A DNA stretch of 62,555 bases, counting the filler, from Choristocarpus tenellus KU-1152 (taxonomy: Eukaryota; Protista; Phaeophyceae): the NCBI GenBank assembly GCA_964200185.2. It is 9 parts of 9 records of this genome, joined end to end, with 100 filler letters (N's around TTAATTAATTAA, not from the genome) between each part and the next. Parts side by side here need not be neighbours in the genome. Positions count along the whole stretch, not along the records: positions 21,050 to 27,300 come from CAXNAD020008570.1; positions 27,401 to 33,866 come from CAXNAD020008080.1; positions 33,967 to 38,811 come from CAXNAD020012824.1; positions 38,912 to 42,570 come from CAXNAD020018673.1; 5 more parts are not named here. One strand, written 5' to 3'. Shown here in pieces: positions 26,703-39,480 of this stretch (position 1 is the first letter of the stretch; each line of letters begins with the position of its first letter). The notes under the pieces are model-generated. The model was not told where the DNA came from. It ran no database searches and saw only the letters and a list, made by a program, of their open reading frames with translations. The translations under genes were made by a program, and so were the position numbers.

Positions 26703-27403
26703 CTCCCTCCCTTCAGGCAGCAAGACTCAACTCTCACTCCATTGGGCGTGTCTTGAGAGATTTTGGTTATTGTGATAAATTACTTACACATTCTCATGTT
26801 AGCTGACCGAACTCCAATTGAAGGGCTTGATCCCCACTGGAAAATTGGAAGTGAGATCGTGTGGGGCTCCTCTTCCTGCTCTTTACTGGCAGAAGTCTAG
26901 AACCCCCCCCCCCCGCCACCCCCCACACCAGGACCAGGCCCGGTCGTTCACTTGGAAGCAGGCGGACGAGAGAGGNNNNNNNNNNCTCCTCTTCCTGCTC
27001 TTTACTGGCAGAATTCTACACCCCCCCCCCCCCTGGTACCTCTAGAAAAGTTCCAGGTCTTTTTCTTTCCTCCTCGACCGCATCGAAATGGTTCCTAGAT
27101 ATCTAGAAGCTTTCCTTCTAGAACGTTCCGCTCTGCCTGAAACTGCCCAATGCAATTCCTTGAACTCTGCCGCATTTCACCGAACGCTCTTTGGAACACT
27201 TGTACGGCGCAGCGACTTAACAGCCCCCCCCCCCCCCCCCCCCCCCCACCCCCATCCACACAACAGGCAGGGTCCTGACCAACGTACGAGAGGAAACAAC
27301 NNNNNNNNNNNNNNNNNNNNNNNNNNNNNNNNNNNNNNNNNNNNTTAATTAATTAANNNNNNNNNNNNNNNNNNNNNNNNNNNNNNNNNNNNNNNNNNNN
27401 AAA

Positions 27404-27620
27404 TACAACATACACATGTATCAACATACAACATACACATGTATCAACATACAACATACACATGTATCAACATACAACATACACATGTATCAACATACAC
27501 ATACACATGTATCAACATGCATATGTATCAACATACACACGTATCAACACACACATACACATGTATCAACATACACATACATATATATCAACATACATAT
27601 GTATCAACATACAACATACA
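27404..27620. repeat. Minisatellite, ~23-bp unit CATACAACATACACATGTATCAA, decaying rightwards
   Basis: About 9-10 imperfect units at a contig start. Confidence 0.92.
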
Positions 27621-27677
27621 AACTATTCTCGACTAGATGTCATATCTAAAAGGGTCATTCAAGACCTGGTGTCTCAC

Positions 27678-30600
27678 CTCTGCAGTCGAGGAGAACCCAC
27701 TCTCAATAGGGTCAACAAAGATCGGAGTGCAGATGAATGTGATAACTGATCCTTTGCAACAGCATGGTGTCTAACAGAGAGTAGAATCATTAGGTGCACA
27801 TACAAATGTGGTTCCACCTCTACAACCTCCAAGTCACTCAATCCAAGGGTCACTGCTGTCAGGTCCTCTCCTGCGTCCCCCTCAGGGTGAAACCACTCCC
27901 CATCCATCCTGCCCCCCTCCGCGCCAAGGAAATTTTGCTCATAACCCATGGGGTTGGGGTAGTGTCCATCACTGAAGCTCCGCCTAAGGGGTACACCAGA
28001 TGCGATTGCAACCTGGTTGCCATCTGATACTCCATGGGAAGAATTGTCAACAAAGGGCAACACCTTAGCCTCTGGAGACTTTTGCACTTGGCAAACTGAA
28101 GAGGAGTGTTCTGACATGCCATCATTCCTACTGTTCTCTGTCGCCCACGGCACCATATTTGATCTCCTCCCTCTTACAGACTTATCCATGATGTGACTGA
28201 GACACATTGCACCCAAACGAAGCTCACGAAGGATGAGGTCAAAGAGATCCTGTACTCAGACATACAGCACAAATATGGAAAGAAGAAATCATTTATTGAC
28301 TCAGGATGGCAAGCTTAAGAAAGGAGTGTCACAAAGTATTAACAAAATTCCACAATCCTATGCTAACATTGACATTGATATTGACATTGACAGGGCAAAA
28401 ACAGATTAAAACTGTGGACACAACCATGTGTTTATCTAAACAATGACTCCTGTACCAAAGTGAGCTATAGTCAAGGCAACAAGTAAGGAAGGTTGGTATC
28501 CCATGCATCATCACACCCACTCTAATACAATTACCCGGAAGTTTGTAGTCCATCTATTACTTCACATATATTCTATTACTTCATATATATATTCTATTAC
28601 ACCATACATATATTCTATTACATCATATATATATTCTATAGCATCATACATATATTCTATTACATCATATATATTCTGATACATACATGAAAAAAGAAGT
28701 CATACAGACATCAAGAAAAGTGGAAGGCATACCTGATGCAAGTTGTCAGCATGTGTTTGCATTAGCATAAGAGGAGTGCCATACATGGACCGCTCCCTTG
28801 TTGGCTGGGGTGGTATCATAGGCGAAGGAAGACTTGCAGTCCCACTTGGGGCTGTAAGACCAGCACTGTTCAACCCCATGTGTACATCATGCAAGTCCCT
28901 CTTCATGGGACCCTCCCCTCTGGCAGTATTCCCTCCCTGACCTCGAGACATGTGCAATGCCTGTTCTGATCCAGATGAGCTTGTCGTGGCAAGGGATCCT
29001 CTTACACTAACTGACACCAGGAAACGCAGCAAGCTGCAGGCACCTCTTTGCATCACCTTCACACACCGTTCCATATATTGGGGTGCCATGCTGCCCACCT
29101 CCTGAGAAATAGTGTGTCCTTTTAGTAAATCTCCTGTGTACTCTGAGTAAGGAGGAACAGGTTGCGTGGATGGTAACACTTCCTCTTTCTCCTCACGTAT
29201 CAATTTCTCCTCCTTCTCTTCATCTTCACTGGCTTCATAGTCCAAACTTATGGTGCCACTTGTCTTGGTTACCTTTTGTAAAGCTTGCCTTTCCATTTCT
29301 CTTCGCTCAGCAAGCACTGATGCTGACACAACTACCTCTCTCCCCTTGAAGCATTGCACCAATGACATGCAAGCAGGTAAGCTTTGTAAGTGACTTCAAG
29401 TATCAGGCACAGAAACTCCAACCAAATGGAAGAGTATTAGAGCCGTATATTTATTGTGTATAGGGGAATGCAATACAATTTCAATGCAGTATCATCAACA
29501 GTACAATACACAAACACAGTGGTAAAAGAAAGGCTACTGCCTATCATGTCGAATATCATTTTGAATACCCTAACCCTAGTGTTATACTTGCGGTATTTGT
29601 GTTTGTGACAAAAGCATATAACATAGGTTGTATGTATGTTGATGTTGTGTTCAACACATCATACACAAGATTCAAAGGTAATCATCAAACCCTCAATCAC
29701 TTTATGATGCATTTTCCAAGCAAGAATCTCTTACTTGTTTAGATAAAAATGTACCAGTTGCTCTGAAGTATGCCAGTAGTATTAAATACAGAATAATAGT
29801 CATGGAACAATAGATACGAGAACAGAGAAAAACAAAAAACAAATGGGTACTGTGTGCATTTGTTCTCTGCCTATCCACGCCACGAGATCATATATTGACA
29901 CATAATACCATAATACCATAATACAAGATTCAGAGCATTAATCCTCATACCATCCTCACCGTGTACACAAATGGGGCCAAACCAAAATTCACCCTCACGC
30001 TCTCGCCGTTGCTATGAAAGCCCACCACTGGTACCAGCTTAGTCTCAGTCACACCTGTGAAGCCATCGCCAAGTAGCATTCCATTGCGAGTGTACCTGGG
30101 AAAGATTGAAATAATTGTATTGAAATAATTGCATCACACACAAGACACACTTCAGAGTTGAAAAAAAATGTTTTGAAGGATCATGCTAAGGTATACCACC
30201 ACCTGGAAATATATAGCTACCCTATAAGACAAAAAAAGGGGTTTTTGTGGGTGACTTCGTAGCTTATCAGTATTTGCAACATATTGACAACAACTCACCA
30301 AATTGTTGATCGCTGACAATCAAATCCGCAGCCAATGACATCACCATCCTGCCATTTATCCCAGGTGCCTTCTGTACTCCCTGGACCAAATTTCCGGCCA
30401 TCATCTCCATGGTATCCATAGGAGTGGTCAATCCATCCAGGCATGTGCTTAGTGGCAGGGAAGTGATCTTGATCCGCAAGTCCAACCCCAATCATAGTTT
30501 TTTCACCAGGGTTGACAATTGTCACCTCAAAGTAATTGGCCAATTGACCTGAGGGGGGTTCATCCTCCTCCTCCACAGAACGGCACCCGTAATGGACTCC

Positions 30601-33600
30601 TCTGGCAAAAACACACGCCACAGACTGAACAACTGGTACACTAGCCACAGAACACATCTCAGATAAGTTCACCTCCTTCGCCTTGCCCTCCTCCCTATGG
30701 TCCAGCACTGGTACACCTCTCAACACCATTTTCTCAAGTTGTTTTTGAGCAGCTTTCTATCACATGATCAGAGTCAGCAAATGGTTAGATGAGTGCAGCA
30801 CATCACCCATTCACACAATCCATTCAGATTCAGACAAGAGATGCTCAGTGACTCAATGAGGGGTGAGGTACAAATCAATTTGAGGGCACTCAACACTAGT
30901 CTGTTCCCTGGTGCCTGGACTTGAAAGGATATCTTTGTCATGCCACACTATGGGGTCCCACTAATTTAATACTGCAATATAAAATGAAAACAAACAACAA
31001 ACACCTCTAACAACATCACCAACATCACCACCAAAGCAAATGAAAAATATACTTTTTAGAACAACTGTCCTCACAGCACTACCCACCTCTAGCCTCGATC
31101 GTTTCTCCTCTGCAGCCAGGACTTGCTCCTTGCGCTGCATGTGAGCATGACTACTGTATGCCTGCAACAGAGCACTATAGGCCCTAAGCAGAGATGCCAT
31201 TGAGTGTCTCTTGAGAATATCTACAGCTGATCCATGGAGCTGGGCTCGTTCCATGAACCCCTCAGGAAGCTTGGATCGAGGCACACAGCTGACATGTCTT
31301 GCAATATGCCGTACCATGAGTGTTCCCTGTTTCACATACATTCAACACCATACTTCAAGCTTTCAATGCAGTGTGTAACATACAAAGATAGTAGTAGCCA
31401 GAACTATTCATAGAAGTGAAATTGTGGATAGTTGCAACTGTCATCAAATACCCTAACCCTATCTCAAACAATCCCCTTATCAGACCCTTTCTACTAAATC
31501 TGTTTAATGACATTATTCAATACTATGCATATTGTGTCGATGCTGTCAACCCCAAAAAAAGTAAACATCACCGAACAACTACTAGTAGATAGAAAACAGT
31601 CTCGACTACACAATCAATTGGAGAGGTACAACTTCCCTGTTTTCTCACCTCCAGAAGGCCTTCCCTCATGTTGGACAATGACCACGGTAACCACGATGCT
31701 GAAGAGTCCTCATCCCCACTTGCCCCACCATCACCATCAACATCAACACCAACATCAATACCCTTCATGTTCAACACACGCTCATTGGCCGTGTTTGTGA
31801 GGGTGACCATGGCTTGAAGTGTAGGAAGAATGCAGGAATGTCTAGCCAGAAAATGGTAGTCGCGTGACTCAAAATCAAGAGCCCAGTTGGTCATAAGGAC
31901 ATGGGCAAGTCCAGCCTGGAAGGATTGAAAAACATGAAAACAAAATGCCACCAATAAACCAGGCAAGGGATCAAAATACAAGAGGGGAATTAAAATGGGA
32001 AATTGGTGGGTGAAGTATCATAGTATTAGCACTAGAGTAGTGCTCTCAGTATAAACTAGTGCAGTATGAAGTACTACAAACGAGAACAAATGAATTGTGG
32101 GAGTTAGTGTAATACGTAAGTAATAAAAGTAGTACATGAGAAATAAAAGTAGCACATGAGTAATAAAAGTAATACATAAGAAATAAAAGTAGTACATGAG
32201 AAATAAAAGTAGCGCATGAGTAATAAAAGTAATACATAAGAAATAAAAGTAGTACATGAGAAATAAAAGTAGCGCATGAGTAATAAAAGTAATACATAAG
32301 AAATAAAAATAGTACATGAAACAGAAAAATAAAACTGTTCTAGTCAATACCTGTCTTCAAGACATTGACCTAGCATGTGTCCAGACCTAGGGTCAATCTT
32401 GAACACATCCATGATATTAGATGTCCAGGTTATTCAACGATATGCACATGCATATGCATGGGATGGCAAGACAGGTAAAACTACAAATGTATTTGGATTA
32501 TTCATCTCATGTTGTCTTGTGGTACCTGTCTCATCTGGAAGCTGTGCCCAAGAATGACACTCAACAGGCTGTACAGGTCCTCAAATGCAGACTGCACCTC
32601 ACAGAGGATATTTGCAGAGCAACCTTTGAGGCCCTTGAGGTAGTGATGCCTTTCATCTCGGTCATCTTCAGTAACTTCACCCTAATGACACCCAAGGGAC
32701 ACAACAGTCATACAAAAAACATGGTCTATAACTTTAAGTACTGAATTGAAACAATCCTATGCTCAGCAACTATACACCCTCAACTTGTGATGAACACAAG
32801 CAGCTCATATTGCATTCAGTGTGTGTGACAATGTTTGACAGTTTCAAAAGCACGGCTAGTACTAAAAAGAATCACACAGTACATGCAAAAATAAGAGGCA
32901 AGGACATCTACTACCTATCTGTTCAACAAGCAAGAAGTCCAAGAGCATAACGGTAAGCACTTCAACTGTAAGCACTTTGAAATCATGAGATATCGTGTCT
33001 AAATCCAAATAATAGGCAATCCGGTATATGTAAGCTTGAAACACAGCACTGCAGCTACTTGCCACAGAAGATTTGTTCTCAACCATGACAGGCTTAAAGA
33101 AAAAAAAATCACTTAAACAAAGAAAGTCTTACCTCTTCTGAGGCATGGTCTGCTGTATTTGCATTGATCCCCTTTGTTCCTTTGTAGCGCAGACCACGGA
33201 AGGCAGGTCGCAAGAACAATACAGCCTCCTGTACACACACACCAGCAATGAAACATCAAACACCAAATATGCAAGAACACAGAGTCAAAGCATTGCCAGC
33301 TTCAATGTAAACCATTTCATGCACTGCTATTGTAATAATGTACTATTGTACTATTGTACAAACATTGAAACTAACCACCACTGCCACAATGTAACTCAAA
33401 GTATTATCTTGTAAGGGCTTTACAACATATCAATTACAATACATCAATGTCCAATTTAAGGAAGAGGTATGAATGGGGTCCTTCTTTAGACCAGTTTACC
33501 TTTCCTATTTCCATTAAATCATGATCATGACCATAATTGCTAATAGGCACTAGATAAAATATATAAAATGATATAAATGGTATATAAATGGTATCTGTGG

Positions 33601-33866
33601 TCCTTGCCTGAATTGAAGACATTGCCCCTACAGGCATTGCCTCTGCAGAGTCGCCAGACATGATATTTTGTCCTCCAAGGCTTCTGACAACTGCAGCAAG
33701 AGCCTTGAGGCCAAACTGTCTCATTGAGGCCCTTCTTGTACGGTTTCTCAGTGCACGCTTCAGTCGTTGTGGCGATGCCCCCCCCCCCCCTGTCCCCCCC
33801 TCCCTTGTCACCGCCTGTGCGATTTGCACCTCACCAGGGGAACCAGTTGCTGCTTCCATGTACAGA
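27678..33866 (-). CDS. Internal fragment of a large SPRY-domain protein (possibly a giant E3 ubiquitin ligase); exons 33608-33866, 33133-33228, 32526-32681, 31649-31915, 31087-31326, 30299-30756, 29960-30095, 28733-29344, 27678-28249
   Basis: RanBPM/SPRYD3-type SPRY: YFEVTIVNPGEKTMIGVGLA...MPGWIDHSYGYHGDDGRKF...GDVIGCG...IW|YTRNGMLLG...PVVGFHSNGESVRVNFGLAPF. Nine exons join in frame, one through a GC donor. Both ends run off the contig. The E3 ligase identity is inference only, since no HECT or RING domain is visible. Confidence 0.88.
28553..28680. repeat. Intronic minisatellite, ~21-bp unit TATATTCTATTACATCATA
   Basis: About 6 imperfect units. Confidence 0.85.
32109..32319. repeat. Intronic tandem repeat: 20-bp monomers (WAATAAAAGTARYRCATRAG) in a 60-bp higher-order unit, ~3.5 copies
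   Basis: The 60-nt blocks starting at 32161 and 32221 are identical, and the flanking blocks are near-identical. Confidence 0.95.
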
Positions 33867-36608
33867 NNNNNNNNNNNNNNNNNNNNNNNNNNNNNNNNNN
33901 NNNNNNNNNNTTAATTAATTAANNNNNNNNNNNNNNNNNNNNNNNNNNNNNNNNNNNNNNNNNNNNAACCCATCCTCCACAGTATGCTCCATCCTCAATT
34001 TTGGTGAGAGGCTGTTAATTGTAGAAAATGGCATCTTTTTACCAGTTCTCGGGATCGATAGAAAGCAACTCTGTCCACCCCTCAGTTGCTTTGACTCAAC
34101 AATAACCCAAATCCTAACTCTGACCCCCCCCTAGTATATATATACCTCACCATAAATATGTATGATGTGGTTTTCAAAGCAGATCGCTAGGTTGAGTCCT
34201 GTTCGACGTTTTCGATGACTTACACTAATGACGTAACCCTATTGTTGATAACCTTTGATCACAGATTGTTCAAGATCAGAATATGCCACTACAATAAATA
34301 ATTGAGCTAACACAGATGGCAGGAGCATACAGTTTTCATTGGTTTCCCCCTTGACGCATGTACAAATGTCAGAAGGCATATTAATAAAAGAAATTAGCAT
34401 TGTTTTGGATGGGATACGTTATAGTACGGAGTAGATAAACAAACAAATGTTCTGCATCATTCTTCGGAAGCGCATGTTACAGAGGTTATAGCGCCAACTG
34501 TTCCCTTGAAAACGAAAGTTGCAGTGCAAATGCGTTTACACGAACATAGATGTTAGAGAGTAACTGGCCCCCGAACATTGTTTAGGCAACAGACATCCCA
34601 GAACAAAATCGTCTCTAACATTGTCCTGTGCGAGAGACGCTACTGACTGAATATGACCAAATGTTGTAGCGTAACGCTACAGTGAAGCATTTCTCCTTAT
34701 TCACAATACCTTGCTTTCGACGAACGCAAATCAGATAGGAACACAGAAAGCGGTTTCTTGACGCTCTCATTTTACCGTACCCTGCACAACATGCGGTGCA
34801 TTATTATTCAAGCATTCACTTTTGTGTATCTTACATATTTTGATAGGGACATCATCATCATGCAATCTCTCCATCCATTTGTACATCCGCCTCTGTTGCA
34901 CTCTCAAAGAGCGCATGGGACAGCCAGTCACCAGACTGTGATGGACACCACCCACTGTTATCTACTCTGAAGCAATACTAACTACTTCATAAGCAGTACT
35001 TACTCAGCAGAGGCTATTATCCTCCCAACAAACACGAATGGGATAAACCCAAAAATACCAAAACCTAAACCTGCAATGATCCTACAACAACGGTAATCGT
35101 TGACTCTGAACTATGTATCCACCTGCAGCCTCCTAACAAATAAATACGACCCCAAAGATCCATCTAAGTATGAGTTTTATTTGAGCCTGGTACGAGCTGT
35201 AGACATTCCTCGATCCTGAAAAGAGAGCAATCAACTATATGAGTTAGAAAAGAAGCGGTCTACTGGTTCAAAACTCAAGAACTACAGAAAGGTAGTAGTA
35301 ACTTTAGGATTGACATACTCTAATCCTTGCATTCTCTCAGTCCACCATGGCCTCATACGTGAATCAAAGAAACATTGGAAAGACATGCCTACAACAGTAA
35401 CATTACACATGGCGCCTAAGTGTTGGCAGGTCTGCAGCTCCTTACGGCTGCTGTTACAGCAGCATTAAAAATTTCCTTACCTATTTATCTCTTGCAAAAA
35501 CTGAATCCCCCTCTCCACGATTGGTACCTTTCTACTCAGACAAGAAAATCCTCCCCAACAGTCCTAGTAAAACACAAACAACAAATGTGCCTCCCTCATC
35601 ACCCAATGATGGTGAATTGCCACAAACAAGAACAGTCAAAAGGGGGTAGGTGTGCATACTTTGCTTCATCTAAAAGAAACAAAAAATCCAAGCTGCCCAG
35701 AAGAAATACGGATCTCATCTTATTGGGGAGTAGAGGAGGAGGAGGAGGAGGAGGAGGAGAACATTTCAGTTTTACACTTCACAGGGATATTTAACTTCGG
35801 TTCAAACAAACAATGACCACCATGCGCAATCTAAGTCCCACATAACAAATAAAATATTTTTGGTGTCGATCCCTGGTTCACTCGAAGAAAGTCGATGCAC
35901 AGGGCCCGCTAATCCCCCTTGTTCCCACAACAATGATGTTGCTGTTAAATGGCAATATCCTTGCAGTTCGGGAACACTTTTTGTACCTTGCTCAAATTCA
36001 CTGCACAAGGTTAGGGAAACGTACTCATGGTTAGCAGCAGAGAACATCGACAAAGCAAACATATCAGGTGTGCACATGCACAAAGCTAAAAAAAAAAAAA
36101 CGATCATAAAAACGTTAGTTAACGCTTTTGTAACAGGTACAGTCATATGAGGAGTTACAAAAGACCAAGTCTTGAGCATGGGTTGGATGCGCTTGGTTGG
36201 CCGCGCTTTCACCTGCAGCAGTATGGATTAATGAATAAGCCAAGCTATCATTGAAAACCTGTTACTGTACATTTTACTCTACATCTGGTGAGACAAAGGG
36301 GTGTGAACTTACTGGAACAACCACCCACGATGAGCGATGAGCTTGTGAGTTTGGGTGGGAAGCATAGATAACTGTCAAACAAGCGTTATGACCCAAAAAG
36401 TACTAACATTTCTATGAGAGGTTGGAATCATCGCCAAATACCCACTGGATTCCTGTGGTTTGTCAAGAAACTATTTTCAGAGCGTACATTGGGGGAAAAT
36501 TAAACAAAGGACAAGCATAATTAGGTATGTCAACACAACCGGTAAGACCTGGATAGATTTCAATGAAAAGTCCTACTCGGGCTCAAGACTCTATCAAGTG
36601 AAACTTAC

Positions 36609-38626
36609 AGATGAGGTTGTTGTTATTGAGGCGCAGCATCTTCAAGGAGGGAAGTTGGCCCAACTTCATTGGCAGATTACCTGTCCAGAAGCAAAATATG
36701 GATCAGTCTCAAACATTTTGTGGAAGAACACTTAGGAGGCAGGCACCTTGCCTATGAGCAAGTGTACCTAGCTTAATTCAACACTACCCTTAATGGGAGC
36801 CTATTGTGTCCCTCCCAGAAGTGTTGCCTGCAGTGCTGTGTGTTCTTCATTTTGTTTGTATGTACCGGCTCTTTTGATTCAGAGATATCCTTAGCTAAGA
36901 TCAGTACAAGAGCTTTGTGTGCACGATGGCTATTGCAACAGAACACTTAGCAGCAGCATCAGAGTTCACATCACCTGTGTGGTATCTATTGTTACTGAAG
37001 GCCCAAGTTATATGCATCATACACATGTACTCAACTGCGTTCATTGTGCTGGTGATGGCTTTGCGTAACATAATCGGGATCAGAGACACACGTGGTTTAC
37101 TACATAGTTACAAATACTAACAGAAACACACAATTCTGATGACAAACCGAAAGAGTGGGCATCATTAGACCACCCTTATCACCCACAAGGGATTGAGACA
37201 CCCACTTCCAACTCCAGCAAACAAACCAGCGCACAAAATCCTTCACTTAGAAAACAAGTGACCCATAGCACTCCCCTCTCAGAGAGGGAACCACATGAGT
37301 CAAGTTCAACTCACCGCTCAGCTGATTATTAGACAGGATTAGCTTCTCCAGTTTGTGGAGGTCACCCAGTTCCTTTGGTATTTTACCTAGTTCAAAGCAA
37401 CAAAATATTAGAGACCTTGGAATGCATTTATTGGCGCCTAAGAGGGTACAAAAGTACAGGTTGAGACAGTATATCCATGTTTGCGTGTGAGATACGAAAT
37501 CCAATGACAACCTTGTTGCCATTGGTGAGCTCCAATCCCCCCTCCCCAGCATTGTTGTCACTCTACTAGGGAAGTACTAAAGGGTCGTCTGTGACAATCC
37601 CTGGTTCATAACGAACACTACAAGGGTGTTAATTACAACAGTGCCCTTGAGAGGCTACCACTGCATGCTCTCTCGATGCTCCAAACCATGCACTACACTA
37701 TTAAAATAAATTTTTCCAGCAGCAGAAATTACAAAAAGTCGTCACTCTTTTCCCAAAAATTGTTCAGAACTATCCCAGCACACCACCACACCAGGCGAAC
37801 AGTACAGTCATGACCATGAACTGAAATTGAATGCATTGATGTATGTACGTTGAAAAGTCCCAAAACACATCTTCACCCAGTATACTAGGCATTCACACCT
37901 GTGAGGCAGTTGTGGTACAACCACAGTTCCAGAAGGTTCACCATGTTTCCCATTGTTGTCGGGATGGACCCTGTCACAAGCACAAGGGATAACATAAACC
38001 TTGGTACTACCAGTGAAAAATGTTGGTGAAAAATAGATAGGACCATTGGACTACAGGTGGATATTCTCGCTCATCCTGTCACTGGTTGTCATTGTGTAGA
38101 GGATAGAAATGCCAATACCAGTATAGTGTATTTTAAAAGGGTTCAAGAAAGGGCTTAAGACCGTTGCTTCTTTTCAAGATTTAAAAAAGGAATGATAGCA
38201 AAAATTAAAAATTAAAATTAAATTACCTGATGTTTGAACACACTGCCACATCATGAAAAAATCATAGTGATGGGACAGAGTCTTCAACATGTTCAAAAGA
38301 AGAAAAATTTGTCTGGTCCCTCACAAAGTACAGGCCTCTAAGTCTCAAGTAAACACGCGCACACACACACACACACATACATAAGCATGTATGTCATCTT
38401 GAAAATGGAGCCCTTTCAAAGCGACTATGACCACAACAGCAAGGATATTTCTCAATCCAACCACATGCACACCTCACCAAAGAACAAAAGTGATGTTGGG
38501 GAGGAAAATAGGTGCCAAAAAAGACCCGACCAACAAAACTGATGAGGCACTCACCACTGAAATTGTTCCCCCTCAAGTTGAGCACCTGGCATTGTGCCAG
38601 AAGACCAAATTCTTCCGGAATTTCAC
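36609..38626 (-). CDS. Leucine-rich-repeat protein fragment: four 72-nt exons (38555-38626, 37899-37970, 37315-37386, 36609-36680), each one 24-aa LRR
   Basis: GEIPEEFGLLAQCQVLNLRGNNFS / GSIPTTMGNMVNLLELWLYHNCLT / GKIPKELGDLHKLEKLILSNNQLS / GNLPMKLGQLPSLKMLRLNNNNLI fit the plant-specific-type consensus GxIPxxLGxLxxLxxLxLxxNxLS. All are phase 1-1 with AG/GT boundaries. A possible terminal exon starting at 36212 is uncertain. Confidence 0.93.
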
Positions 38627-38911
38627 CTGTTGTTTGAGACATGCCAAATGTAGCGTCAGGTAGGGTAGATTGCAGGACCGATACCTCCTACTGGTCGATC
38701 AGAACATCGAGCGATCGGATTGGTTTACATACATACGCTACGTTTCGGACCAATTAATTGTGTCCCACCCTCTCAATCTCAGCACGACATGCAACTGATC
38801 TTCCTATCCCCNNNNNNNNNNNNNNNNNNNNNNNNNNNNNNNNNNNNNNNNNNNNTTAATTAATTAANNNNNNNNNNNNNNNNNNNNNNNNNNNNNNNNN
38901 NNNNNNNNNNN

Positions 38912-38960
38912 AATTGACCCCAAATGGACAGCCGCCACCCCCTCCCAGATAATTTGAGCC
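38912..38960. mobile_element. MITE family A terminus at a contig start
   Basis: CCCCAAATGGACAGCCGCCACCCCCTCCCAGATAATTTGAGCC. Confidence 0.85.
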
Positions 38961-39189
38961 GGTTGTAGAATGGAAGAGGAAGATGTTCGGCAACTCCTGC
39001 GTGAAGATGGTATGTCACAGAGAAGTATATTTCCTTTGATGATATACTACGTAGTATTACGAAGGAGTGTGTACACCAGCATCTATGTTTAGCCTCGCAC
39101 TACACTGAATTTCAAGGGCAATGGTGGGGAATTGTGTGACCACCTACTACACACGTAAAAATGGATCCACTTACTCTCTCTGAACAACA

Positions 39190-39480
39190 CCTCGGACGTG
39201 CTCTCTTGAGGAAGATATACAAGCTAGCACAGGGATGTCTCATCATGTCCCAGCAAAATTCCGCACTTGGCGTATATATGGAACTTTGGAAGCTGCTCCC
39301 CTCTGTTCTTCGGCCTTTGTTGCTTGGCCTGATGAACAAAGCATTCACTCCCCTCACTCGAAGTCTGTTACGGTTGAATATCTTGCCGCTTTAACGCTCG
39401 CATGGCATTTCCCTGATTTCCAAAGTACCCCAGCACCATCCCTGCTGATGCACTTCACCATCATTCCTTCCCAAGACGTC
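39190..39480 (-). pseudogene. Internally deleted Ty1/Copia integrase relic, same family as 57880-58800
   Basis: WEGMMVKCISRDGAGVLWKSGK resembles REGMSVQFISGDGAGELGRSAK. GSECFVHQAKQ...KFHIYAKCGILLGHD resembles GSECYVHQEKQ...KFHPYTKRGIIMGRD. Frameshifts and stops are present. Confidence 0.75.

Noticed and set aside
26866-27035. Direct repeat CTCCTCTTCCTGCTCTTTACTGGCAGAA either side of a 10-N gap
   Set aside because: It flanks a scaffolding gap and ends in poly-C. An unresolved assembly overlap cannot be told from a real repeat.
27416-27749. His/Thr/Tyr-rich repetitive ORFs
   Set aside because: They are translations of the 23-bp minisatellite, antisense to an intron of the SPRY gene.
32109-32319. 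CRISPR-like array
   Set aside because: The repeats are contiguous with no unique spacers, sit in a eukaryotic intron, and have no cas genes nearby.
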